DNA of 64,000 bases from a virus. Its lineage: Duplodnaviria; Caudoviricetes. Positions 55,367-64,000 of the stretch are shown here, piece by piece. Made by a program: the position numbers and the translations under genes. Below the pieces are notes generated by a model, which made no database searches, was not told where the DNA came from, and was given only the letters and a program-made list of their open reading frames with translations. Positions within the stretch are counted from its first letter, which is position 1. The number at the start of each line of letters is the position of its first letter. The DNA lies in IMG/VR virus record IMGVR_UViG_3300030330_005471; one strand, 5' to 3'.

Positions 55367-56483
55367 CCCAGATCTTCGAGGCTATGGTTCAGGAAGAGGC
55401 ACCGAAGTTCATAATGACCCGGAAGCTCATTACCGCAAAAACTTAGAGGAAGCCAAGGAAGTTGTCAACAGAGATAGGCTTTATACAGACATAACACAGT
55501 GTGATGCTGTTGTCATATCTGACAGAGGTGGAGAGTATGGCGGAACAACAGATAGGGAAATTGAGACCGATCAGAGTGGTACAACCAAATATATTAGCGT
55601 TATTATAAGATTTATAGGCCCACCTGATAATCCAACAAGACACCCAGATCAGCACAAGAAAGACCCTTTATCTGCTAAAAACAAAGAAGAGTTTCTCAAG
55701 CTTCGAAGTTTGAACGCCACAAGAGCTGTGAAGGAGCCGATGCTTTATGGGTGGTTTGGAGAACCAGAAATAGGCAGCATTGTCAGGTGTACCAAAAGAG
55801 ACAATATTTGGGAAATAGATTTTGCTTATAATCGAAGTCACCAACCTTATGATGATTTTGTCAAAAGAATGGAGAATCCAACAGAAGGTTCCGGAAAAGC
55901 TGCGTTTGCCTCTGCCGGAAGTAATGGAGCTGGAGCTCCCGGCTCTTCTAATAACAGTCCTGCATCTTCACCAGCAGTTGTTAAGTTCGAATCGGATTTG
56001 CAAACAAAAATAACCGGCATGGGTTTAAAATTTAAAGTAACAGATCGTTCAAGAACTGTCGAAATGCAAATGGAACGAATAAAGAATAAGTTTTATAACA
56101 ATGGACCACAAGAGGTAATATCGTCCTATGGAAAGAACAGAGGCGCTGCTATGGTCAAGGCAATACAGAGCGCAGATGATGAAGCTCTAAAGAAATTAGC
56201 GGCAAAATCCAGTAAACACCTTAAAGGTGCTGCGATTGATATTAGGTCTTGGCACTATACTGATTCTGAAATTCCAATAGTGTTGGATACAATAAGAGAG
56301 CTTGGAGGAGACCCTTTATTAGAAAACACAGAAGGTTGCTGGACAAATTCAGGTAAGGGCGTCACCACAACACAAAGAATTTCTGGAGCGAAAGCCGGAG
56401 GTTCTGGTAGGAATACTCCGTGTCATAACGAACATATACATATTGATATCCCAGAAGATTATGATACAAAGTTAGAAAGTTAA
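55359..56483 (+). CDS. baseplate-hub-like protein with M15-type cell-wall peptidase
   Basis: R...Q, SKHLKGAAIDI, HIHI zinc ligands. Confidence 0.65.
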   Translation: MSNPDLRGYGSGRGTEVHNDPEAHYRKNLEEAKEVVNRDRLYTDITQCDAVVISDRGGEYGGTTDREIETDQSGTTKYISVIIRFIGPPDNPTRHPDQHKKDPLSAKNKEEFLKLRSLNATRAVKEPMLYGWFGEPEIGSIVRCTKRDNIWEIDFAYNRSHQPYDDFVKRMENPTEGSGKAAFASAGSNGAGAPGSSNNSPASSPAVVKFESDLQTKITGMGLKFKVTDRSRTVEMQMERIKNKFYNNGPQEVISSYGKNRGAAMVKAIQSADDEALKKLAAKSSKHLKGAAIDIRSWHYTDSEIPIVLDTIRELGGDPLLENTEGCWTNSGKGVTTTQRISGAKAGGSGRNTPCHNEHIHIDIPEDYDTKLES

Positions 56484-56501
56484 AAAGGAAGCGATATTTC
56501 T

Positions 56502-57428
56502 ATGTCGACATATAAAGTAGATAAATCTCAAAATAAAGAAAGAATTAATGCAACACGAAAAGTTTTAAAAACAAAGGGTACTGCTGGTTCACACCAGAAA
56601 GAACCTATCCCTCTTTACAATCAGACTCCTCGTGAGACAACTATCTCTAATAAAAATTCTTGGGTAGTCTTAGGAGGCGACAGACCAGCCAGCCCAGTTT
56701 CTGGTCAAGCAGGTAAAGGCTCCACACAAGCTAGTTCGATAGATTTGGTAGTAGGTAGAGGAGCAGGAAGAGATGGAGAACCTCCAGATAATGATGTAAT
56801 GCTTGATTCTAACTTTGCCGAAGACGCAGCTCGCATATATATAACTCAAAAAGGAGACGCCGATACATATTTTGGAATTGCCAAAGGTGTTTATGGTGAT
56901 TTTATGTCTTCGGACAAGAAATCAGCAATTGGCGTGAAAGCTGACCATATTAGACTAATGGCGAGAGAGGGTGTGAAGATTGTCACTGGTAAAGCCAAAA
57001 ATGCTTTTGCACAATCAGAAAAGAATTCTTTAGGAGAGGAAGTTGGAAAAGTTCCCCCAATAGAGTTCATAGCTGGAAACTACACAAATGATAATTTTGT
57101 TTTACAATCAAACAGGATTCTCCAACCTTTGGCAAAAGGAGAAAATTTGGTAGAGTATTTATTAGAACTTCAAACTTGGCTTGGAAAACTTTTAGGCATG
57201 GTACAACTAAATACTATGGATTTGGTGGCTTGTAATACAACCTTGACGGGCCTAACAGCTGCTTTAGCTCCTCCGTTATCCATTGTTCACGGCGGACTAG
57301 TGGTATCCGAAGGACTCAGATCAGGAATAATGATAGCAGATCAGATGAATTTAGCAGGTTTGCAAGTAAATTACCTAGATCCTGTTGGAAAGGTATATAT
57401 AAACAGTACACATGTGTTCACAACATAA
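56502..57428 (+). CDS. putative baseplate spike/gp5 C-terminal-like protein
   Basis: Beta-rich ARIYITQ..SAIGVKADHIRL.AREG.KIV; follows peptidase gene. Confidence 0.5.
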   Translation: MSTYKVDKSQNKERINATRKVLKTKGTAGSHQKEPIPLYNQTPRETTISNKNSWVVLGGDRPASPVSGQAGKGSTQASSIDLVVGRGAGRDGEPPDNDVMLDSNFAEDAARIYITQKGDADTYFGIAKGVYGDFMSSDKKSAIGVKADHIRLMAREGVKIVTGKAKNAFAQSEKNSLGEEVGKVPPIEFIAGNYTNDNFVLQSNRILQPLAKGENLVEYLLELQTWLGKLLGMVQLNTMDLVACNTTLTGLTAALAPPLSIVHGGLVVSEGLRSGIMIADQMNLAGLQVNYLDPVGKVYINSTHVFTT

Positions 57429-57437
57429 GGAAAGGGT

Positions 57438-60400
57438 ATGGCAAAGCGTTGGTATTTAGATATAGGAAGAAACTCGGGAAACTCTGGCAACTTTGTTAGG
57501 GTGTATTTAACACGCAGATTTTACACCAATTTAAAGCGTGATGACGAGTACGTCCCAGTTGAAGATCCATATAAAAACACTGGACAAGATGGCAACTTCA
57601 CAGAAGATTTTGTAAGACGTTTTAAAATAACGTTTTTTGCAAAAGGCAATGCTGGTTTTGAAATATTGAATAACAAACTCTCAACAGAAGGTAGAAAAAA
57701 TATAAAAATAGCTTTTAAAGGCGGAGATAAAAACAATGTAAATAAATTTGAAAAAGAGGTGTACCTTTATCTTACGCGATACATTGAGCATTATTATGAT
57801 GTTCACTATTACCAAAGCAGCCTTGGTTCACTAGATTCAGATCCGAAAATAAATTGGAAAATAGAACCGGTTCTATATCAGGACAACTCACCAGTTTATA
57901 TTGATTTTGACGAATATATTGATAGTAGTTATATGGAAGGTCTCTATAACGACGGCATAGGTACAGATCTTGTACCATATAAAGATGTACCAAACGACAC
58001 ACAGATGTTTGATAGCCCCTTCAAGTTTAACTATAATAGGTATGAAGAGTATGAAGATCCCAATGAAATTGGTTCAAGTTTGGGAAGTTTTATAACATCA
58101 GGCGTGAATCCATATTCAGAAGAAAGTCAACAACAAGAAGAAGAGACAGAATTGACTCAACAAGTGACAACAACAGAATCGACATCATATGGAGAACCCG
58201 GAGAGTTTGAACTGTGTAAAGATCTCGAAGATCCTGATGTACCGCCAATTTGCCCAGAGTGCAAACCTAATCCATCTTATATCGAACCAAATATAGTTTA
58301 CCATGATGGTTCGTATTATAACGAAAAGACTTGTGAGTATGTAATAGTTTTTGCACCACAAAATGGTTCTGTTCAATATGTCACTCAAAGATACGGAGAT
58401 GATATAGAGAAATATGTGATGGAAGACATCTTGATAGATCAACCAAACCTGCAAGATGAGACTGTGTTCTTATATGGTCTCAAAAGATTATCAAAAGACT
58501 TCGATAAAACTCAAATAAACAGCTACTTTGTTGGTCCGGTGGGTGAACTACTGGATATTAACGAAGAGCCCGTAGAACTGCCTTTACGACCGTTTACGAG
58601 GGTAGAATGGGCCATAAGAACAGATACGGGCCAAGTAAAGATCAAACTGTCTGTACAAAAGAAATATTTCGAACTGTTGCCTCAAGATAACTCTCCTGAA
58701 CCTAACGAAGATATACAAGCCGGAATTGACGAGGTTGAGTTCGATGCAACCAAGTTTTATGCTATGGTGTTGAGAGCAAAGGTGGGTGTAAAAGTATATC
58801 AGAAGTTCTATGAAGTTCACTTGTTGAAAGCAAGAGGGTATCTATACAAAGTGGATGATGAATATAAGAAACCCATATTTTCATCCGAATTTGATTCCTT
58901 GAGAAGAGATTTGAAGGCTTTTAGAAAAGATTTATTCAAATTAGTTCGAGACAAGGGATACAGAGTCAATTCGTTTGAGTCTTCCCTTCCATTCGCAAAT
59001 AACAAAATTGATAAAATAAAGATAAGGTTTGACAATTCGAACCCAGAAACTCCATATGTGATAAAAGCAATTAGTGTAAAGCCTTTTGGATGTCGATATC
59101 GACAGATATTCAATATCAAGAAGAATTCTGACTTGCGTTTCAATGGAGAAAAACCGATATTTCTAAAAGACCCAAGGGGTTTTACTTTCAATCCGTTTGC
59201 GATCATAGGAAATATAAACGATGTTGATGATGACCTACAAGCCTATGAACCACCCAGCTGGGAGCAGTTTTTTGTTAAATATCTTGTCCCCTCTGTTGAT
59301 TTGGAATATGGAACTCTCAACTCGCCATTGGAAGACAGGCAAAACAGCTTAGCTTGTGCGATGGAGCAATTTCCAAGCTTTGGAGAGTTTTTAAAATCTT
59401 CTCTTTTTAGTCTAGAAACAGTGTTCGAATTGTTGGCGTACGAATTCAATAGAATGACTTGTGCAGAAGACACAAAAAAAGCCATAGCAGAATTTAACGA
59501 AAGGTATGGTGACAAGGGAGGATTAGTTGATCAACTCAAAGACTCTATAAACCCAAACAGTGGAATAGCTTCTTATCTCGTATGGGCTCTTGGAAGTGAT
59601 ATGAACGGCAAAGAGATAATAGGTTCGCTAACTTTTTGTGAGTTAGATGGTCTATTAAGATTGATATTGGAATGTATGCTGGGCGGTATACCATTTGAAG
59701 AAGCACTACAAAAGATAGTTCAAAAACTAATATCTTCGTTGACTGCTCGACATATTGGAAAATTGATAGGATTTCTCCCAGCGTCACAACAGGCCGAGAT
59801 AGAAGCCAAAGTTCAGGGTATTATAGGAGCATATGTTCCAGATCCTTGGTCTAGTAATTTTGCTGGTGGCGTCGTACAAGATTCAAAACCAAGCAGCAGA
59901 TATAAAAACATGAAAGGTGTTAGCTCAGTAAAGAGTGATGAAGAAACAGATGATTCCTCTCAACCCGAAGTAAAGAAGCCCGGAGAATCAACAACATACG
60001 CTTTAGTTACTCAAGATCTCGCTGGTGCAACACCAGAACAGGTCGAACAGATGAATGTTGATAGTAAAGTCTCCCAAGTTACAACAGTTATTTTGGAAGC
60101 TTATATAGAAGCTCTGATGGATGTTGTTCCTATAGACGATCTCATAAGACAAGTGGACAGGTTGCCGATAACTCCTCTCATAAGAACTCTTATTGTAGCT
60201 GTGTTTAACCAATGCCAAGTCACGCCATTCAGCACATTTGCTGACTTGGGTATGCTTATACCAAAATTCAAAATTGATGTGTGTGACCCAATGTTAGCCG
60301 TTAGGATACCGAAAATTCCAACACTATATATACCAGCTGGTATACCAGATTTAATGAATGAATTGCGCAAAATGTTAGTTCAAATAGCACTGTCTGTTTT

Positions 60401-63400
60401 TACGAAGATGCTTTTATCGTTTTTGTTAAAAATATTAGCAGCCTTGGACAACATTCTGTGTCAAGGATTAGCAGCACTAGCCAGAGATGATGGTGACTTT
60501 GCTGACATCTTTGGAAATCTTTTATGCGGCTCACAGCCCGATAAAACGCGAGATATGCTAAAAGAGATGGTCGAATCTATGAGAGGTATGCCACCATCTT
60601 TAGCAGGCGATTGTGTCGATTGTATATTAAAATCTTTCTCTAGAACTTTATCTAAGAAGGAGATGTTGATGATAGCTGCCGGAGATCCTGTCGACATAAG
60701 TGTGTTTGATAGAGTTGCGAACTCTATATCCTTGACTTGTTCGGATTGTTCAATTTACTTTCCTGATGGAAACTCTGTGTCCGATCTTTGCAAAACATTC
60801 CCAGCGTTCCTTCCAGAGTCTGAGAGACGAAAAGCTCAAGATTTAATTTCTATTGCTGACGATTCTCCTATATGTGATTTGGTTTGCTTAAACAAGCAAC
60901 AACTAGATGACTGGGACGCTTTAAGAAGAAATGAGCTTGAAGATATGGGTTTATCTCCCGAAGCTGCTGCTGAAGAGATAGACAAATTGAACGATATCGC
61001 ATTGCAAGAATTTGACGATATGTTATCAGCTGGGGTTGGCCTGCAAGACATTATAGCTGATGAGTATGATAAATTATTAAATAGACCAGAGCAGTGTGAT
61101 GAGCCTTCCCCATGGAACACCAAGACAAAACAGATAGCTAACTTTGCTTCAAGTGTAGCAGAATATATTTTTACTCCTATTGAGATGGAGTTTTATCGCG
61201 AAATGACTGGAAAGAGAAAATCAGTTCTATCGCGAGTACTATCAGACACAAGAGGAAACACCTACAATGCACACAGGTTCTTTGCAAGTTCGATATTCTC
61301 TAGGTGGTATTATAAAGATTTTGATGAGGAAGACACCAGCTTCTTGGGTATAAAAATAGATACTTCAATAGGGCATTTTCCCGAAACCATTGGTGAAGAT
61401 CTCCGTTCGCAATTTGTAGAACCAGAAGAAGAGATAGAATATAATACAAACATGTTGACCAACACAAAACAACCAGAAATTATTGAAGTTGGGGGAATCG
61501 AAGTTCTTAGCCATTACAACAACTCTAAAAGGCCCGATTATTCATTCAGGTATGAAAGAACCGACGATATAGAGTATACTAGCAATACCAGTTTCATAAA
61601 CTCTATCAACACAGTTCTGCATCCGTACGAACCATTAGAAAATTTTGGATACACAATAAGCTCTAAAGAAGACAAAACACCAATAGTGTTTGAAAAGATA
61701 GATAATTCTATCTTAACACCGGATTCTTTAACTGGCAATAAACCATATGCAGTTAAATATTTTGATAGACATTTTACATCAATAACCTTGGTTAACAGCT
61801 CAAGGACAGATAATATATACGACAATATGTTTAATTCTTTGTTCCAGTTTATCAACAAAGGGGTTATATCTGGTGACGGCTTTGTATATGGAGCCACCTC
61901 CTCTTCTCTAGATGAGAGTGATATACAATATTTAAACCCAGAAGGTGGAGAATACAACAAAGAAGAAGAACAAAGAATACTTGGGAAATCTGGTCACCCA
62001 AGGGTCATATTTTTAGATCCTAAGATACACGGAGGCTCCTACACCAAGCCAAAAATATACATCAAACCAGAGGTTAACAAAGGATGGTTGTCACTTTATG
62101 ACGCCTTTTCTAACTATGATCCGGTTTGTGATGATATTGATGATAAGATATTGCCATTCAATGACATCAAAAAATATCATGACTCTTTGTTGGAGAACTT
62201 ACCAATTGACAAAAGATTGTATCAAGAACCCGAATGTCGAAAGGATATACCATTTGATAGAGTCTTTTCAACTGAGACTGCTGCACTTGTTGATGCAATA
62301 GTTAAAACAACAGTGATGTGTTATGCTGTTGATATGTCTATCAATGTTATGCCGATTTTGCTTTCTGTAAAATGGAAACCCGAAAACTACGACAGCATGT
62401 TCTCTCAGATTCTCTTTAAGAAAATAAAGAGTGAAATGATAAACGAAGTGGGAAGAAGTCGGACAAAAAACAATAAAAAGATTCGTCGACATAGGTATTG
62501 GTGCTTGTTTTTGGAACAAGTCGCACAATCTTTTCAACGACAAGTTGATATGGGAATGATACAACCAACAGAAGCTGAAGAAGCAGCATTGAGAGAAATA
62601 TTTTTAGTAAGAAAAAGGTACAAATATCCCGATAGAGAAGATATAAAAACACTTAGAAAAGAAGATGGAGTTTTCAATATGAATTTCGAAATAGGAGATT
62701 TTGCAAACTTTAAACTAGAAGACAACAGCTTCCAAAATCCTGAATTGTTTTACAAGTATGCTTTAGCGTATGATGAATATCAAGAAGATTTATATAATGA
62801 AGTTGCTGGAGGAGACGCAACACAAATAATAAAAGTTGATAACCCAAGACTCACAAGGCTTAAGAGATTTCGTCTTCAAACTAAGATATTTGCCATAAGA
62901 ACAGTGGAAGATAGTGTACGTGTTTTATTTGACAGGATTGTGTTTCAAGAGATGGATCGTTACCTCAACAAACTGCAAGACATAGTTCCACCAAAAATCA
63001 ACGACATAAGACATTATATGTTTCACCAAAATAACTTCTTTATAGGTTCAAGTTTGAGTATTGGAACAACGTCGTCTGAAGAGTTATACTCCTCCGGACA
63101 GAGAACTGGCTTCGGTGAAATAATTGAGCCCGAATATGATACGGATATCTTTGATTCCATCCAAGTATCAGAAGATAAGAAAGTAGAAATTTCTGAAAAA
63201 GGTTGTCTTATAGTCGAAAGATACGTCAATATTCAAGAAAAAACGTACAAAAACAGAGAAACTTTGACTCCAAACCAACGAGCATTTCTCCTTAGAAGGG
63301 AAATTGTTCTAGATCCAGAAACAGGAAATGAAAAATATTACGGCATTGTCAAACTGAAGGATTTTAGAGAATATGTTAGAAACACTCAACTAATCCATAA

Positions 63401-64000
63401 AGATAAGAATCTGTCTCATTATTTTGGAGGTGATGCTCCCGCCAACTTTGGTATAAGGATTAGTTACGTTTTCCCAGATGATTATGAAGACTATGAACCA
63501 ATTGGTAGTAATGAGCGAAGAAATAAGCTTATGAAGACTTATAAAAGGGGCGACAAGATTGTACAACCTTTGGCATCTTTCGAACACCCATTTATTGATG
63601 AAACTATTGAAACCTTCTTGAGTCAAGATTCGGTGAATAACTATGATAATCATTGTTTAGTCAAAAATCTAGTAAAGACGGAAGACTTCATAATGTTATT
63701 TGAAAAAATGCTACCAGTTAAGGCACCGCTATCAGTCGCAATGGCAACCCTTTATACATCTTTTTACAATTCAATAGGAGCCAATGATGGCTGGGACGGT
63801 GATAGAGGAAAAAACGATGCAGATCAATTTGAAAATGTTGAGAAAGGAGCGTTGAAAAATACAAAAAAACTTTTACAAAAAGCTTTTGAGTCTGCTTATA
63901 AAGATCAAGAGTTTGATGAGGAAGAATCTCGAGAGCACAAAAATTCAATGTTTGGCTTCTTGAAAAACATGATCCCAGACTTGAGATTGAATCTAGGAAA
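57438..64000 (+). CDS. giant protein >2,180 aa, 3'-truncated (probable virion protein)
   Basis: ATG 57438 (MAKRWYLD); absent from the ORF track, consistent with no stop before the window end; last codons in frame are open. Confidence 0.8.
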   Translation, partial: MAKRWYLDIGRNSGNSGNFVRVYLTRRFYTNLKRDDEYVPVEDPYKNTGQDGNFTEDFVRRFKITFFAKGNAGFEILNNKLSTEGRKNIKIAFKGGDKNNVNKFEKEVYLYLTRYIEHYYDVHYYQSSLGSLDSDPKINWKIEPVLYQDNSPVYIDFDEYIDSSYMEGLYNDGIGTDLVPYKDVPNDTQMFDSPFKFNYNRYEEYEDPNEIGSSLGSFITSGVNPYSEESQQQEEETELTQQVTTTESTSYGEPGEFELCKDLEDPDVPPICPECKPNPSYIEPNIVYHDGSYYNEKTCEYVIVFAPQNGSVQYVTQRYGDDIEKYVMEDILIDQPNLQDETVFLYGLKRLSKDFDKTQINSYFVGPVGELLDINEEPVELPLRPFTRVEWAIRTDTGQVKIKLSVQKKYFELLPQDNSPEPNEDIQAGIDEVEFDATKFYAMVLRAKVGVKVYQKFYEVHLLKARGYLYKVDDEYKKPIFSSEFDSLRRDLKAFRKDLFKLVRDKGYRVNSFESSLPFANNKIDKIKIRFDNSNPETPYVIKAISVKPFGCRYRQIFNIKKNSDLRFNGEKPIFLKDPRGFTFNPFAIIGNINDVDDDLQAYEPPSWEQFFVKYLVPSVDLEYGTLNSPLEDRQNSLACAMEQFPSFGEFLKSSLFSLETVFELLAYEFNRMTCAEDTKKAIAEFNERYGDKGGLVDQLKDSINPNSGIASYLVWALGSDMNGKEIIGSLTFCELDGLLRLILECMLGGIPFEEALQKIVQKLISSLTARHIGKLIGFLPASQQAEIEAKVQGIIGAYVPDPWSSNFAGGVVQDSKPSSRYKNMKGVSSVKSDEETDDSSQPEVKKPGESTTYALVTQDLAGATPEQVEQMNVDSKVSQVTTVILEAYIEALMDVVPIDDLIRQVDRLPITPLIRTLIVAVFNQCQVTPFSTFADLGMLIPKFKIDVCDPMLAVRIPKIPTLYIPAGIPDLMNELRKMLVQIALSVFTKMLLSFLLKILAALDNILCQGLAALARDDGDFADIFGNLLCGSQPDKTRDMLKEMVESMRGMPPSLAGDCVDCILKSFSRTLSKKEMLMIAAGDPVDISVFDRVANSISLTCSDCSIYFPDGNSVSDLCKTFPAFLPESERRKAQDLISIADDSPICDLVCLNKQQLDDWDALRRNELEDMGLSPEAAAEEIDKLNDIALQEFDDMLSAGVGLQDIIADEYDKLLNRPEQCDEPSPWNTKTKQIANFASSVAEYIFTPIEMEFYREMTGKRKSVLSRVLSDTRGNTYNAHRFFASSIFSRWYYKDFDEEDTSFLGIKIDTSIGHFPETIGEDLRSQFVEPEEEIEYNTNMLTNTKQPEIIEVGGIEVLSHYNNSKRPDYSFRYERTDDIEYTSNTSFINSINTVLHPYEPLENFGYTISSKEDKTPIVFEKIDNSILTPDSLTGNKPYAVKYFDRHFTSITLVNSSRTDNIYDNMFNSLFQFINKGVISGDGFVYGATSSSLDESDIQYLNPEGGEYNKEEEQRILGKSGHPRVIFLDPKIHGGSYTKPKIYIKPEVNKGWLSLYDAFSNYDPVCDDIDDKILPFNDIKKYHDSLLENLPIDKRLYQEPECRKDIPFDRVFSTETAALVDAIVKTTVMCYAVDMSINVMPILLSVKWKPENYDSMFSQILFKKIKSEMINEVGRSRTKNNKKIRRHRYWCLFLEQVAQSFQRQVDMGMIQPTEAEEAALREIFLVRKRYKYPDREDIKTLRKEDGVFNMNFEIGDFANFKLEDNSFQNPELFYKYALAYDEYQEDLYNEVAGGDATQIIKVDNPRLTRLKRFRLQTKIFAIRTVEDSVRVLFDRIVFQEMDRYLNKLQDIVPPKINDIRHYMFHQNNFFIGSSLSIGTTSSEELYSSGQRTGFGEIIEPEYDTDIFDSIQVSEDKKVEISEKGCLIVERYVNIQEKTYKNRETLTPNQRAFLLRREIVLDPETGNEKYYGIVKLKDFREYVRNTQLIHKDKNLSHYFGGDAPANFGIRISYVFPDDYEDYEPIGSNERRNKLMKTYKRGDKIVQPLASFEHPFIDETIETFLSQDSVNNYDNHCLVKNLVKTEDFIMLFEKMLPVKAPLSVAMATLYTSFYNSIGANDGWDGDRGKNDADQFENVEKGALKNTKKLLQKAFESAYKDQEFDEEESREHKNSMFGFLKNMIPDLRLNLG

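Noticed and set aside
57521-63948. Many short minus-strand ORFs in the track
   Set aside because: Shadows of the giant + strand ORF; likewise for the other minus-strand ORFs except 622-1563
1-64000. tRNA/rRNA genes
   Set aside because: No cloverleaf or T-loop signature recognised in intergenic gaps by eye; a tRNAscan run would be definitive

Overview
A 64-kb segment of a large, AT-rich tailed dsDNA bacteriophage (jumbo/myovirus-like, distantly T4-like). It has Shine-Dalgarno signals, sigma70-type promoters, a gp55-like late sigma factor, PIN-PhoH, baseplate-type genes and almost exclusively + strand genes. I see no rRNA, tRNA or CRISPR. There are four zones. (1) 1-3.0 kb: cupin, amidohydrolase and lipoprotein protease genes. 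(2) 3.1-22.9 kb: an early/host-takeover region of about 65 mostly tiny genes. It contains most of a family of ~40 paralogous 'xGDLV...LEV' small beta-barrel (KOW/SH3-like) proteins, many chained by a dual-frame ~22-bp junction repeat. About 27 promoters carry a 15-bp GG(A/T)CA-W5-TG(T/A)CC Fis-type palindrome. The region is bracketed by a 17-bp repeat and by eye lacks CCGG. (3) 23-39 kb: late genes behind a CTAnTTA motif, including proteins sharing an MK(L/I)TK..L..(L/I)I.EE leader, a kinase-headed polyprotein-like ORF, lipoproteins, a holin candidate, a Fis-like HTH protein and a eukaryote-type PMM. (4) 39-64 kb: PhoH, nucleases, a glycosylation/nonulosonic-acid island ending in a GT29 (eukaryote-type) sialyltransferase, late sigma, baseplate-type genes and a >2,180-codon ORF running off the window. 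All functional calls come from motif recognition by eye. No searches were run.
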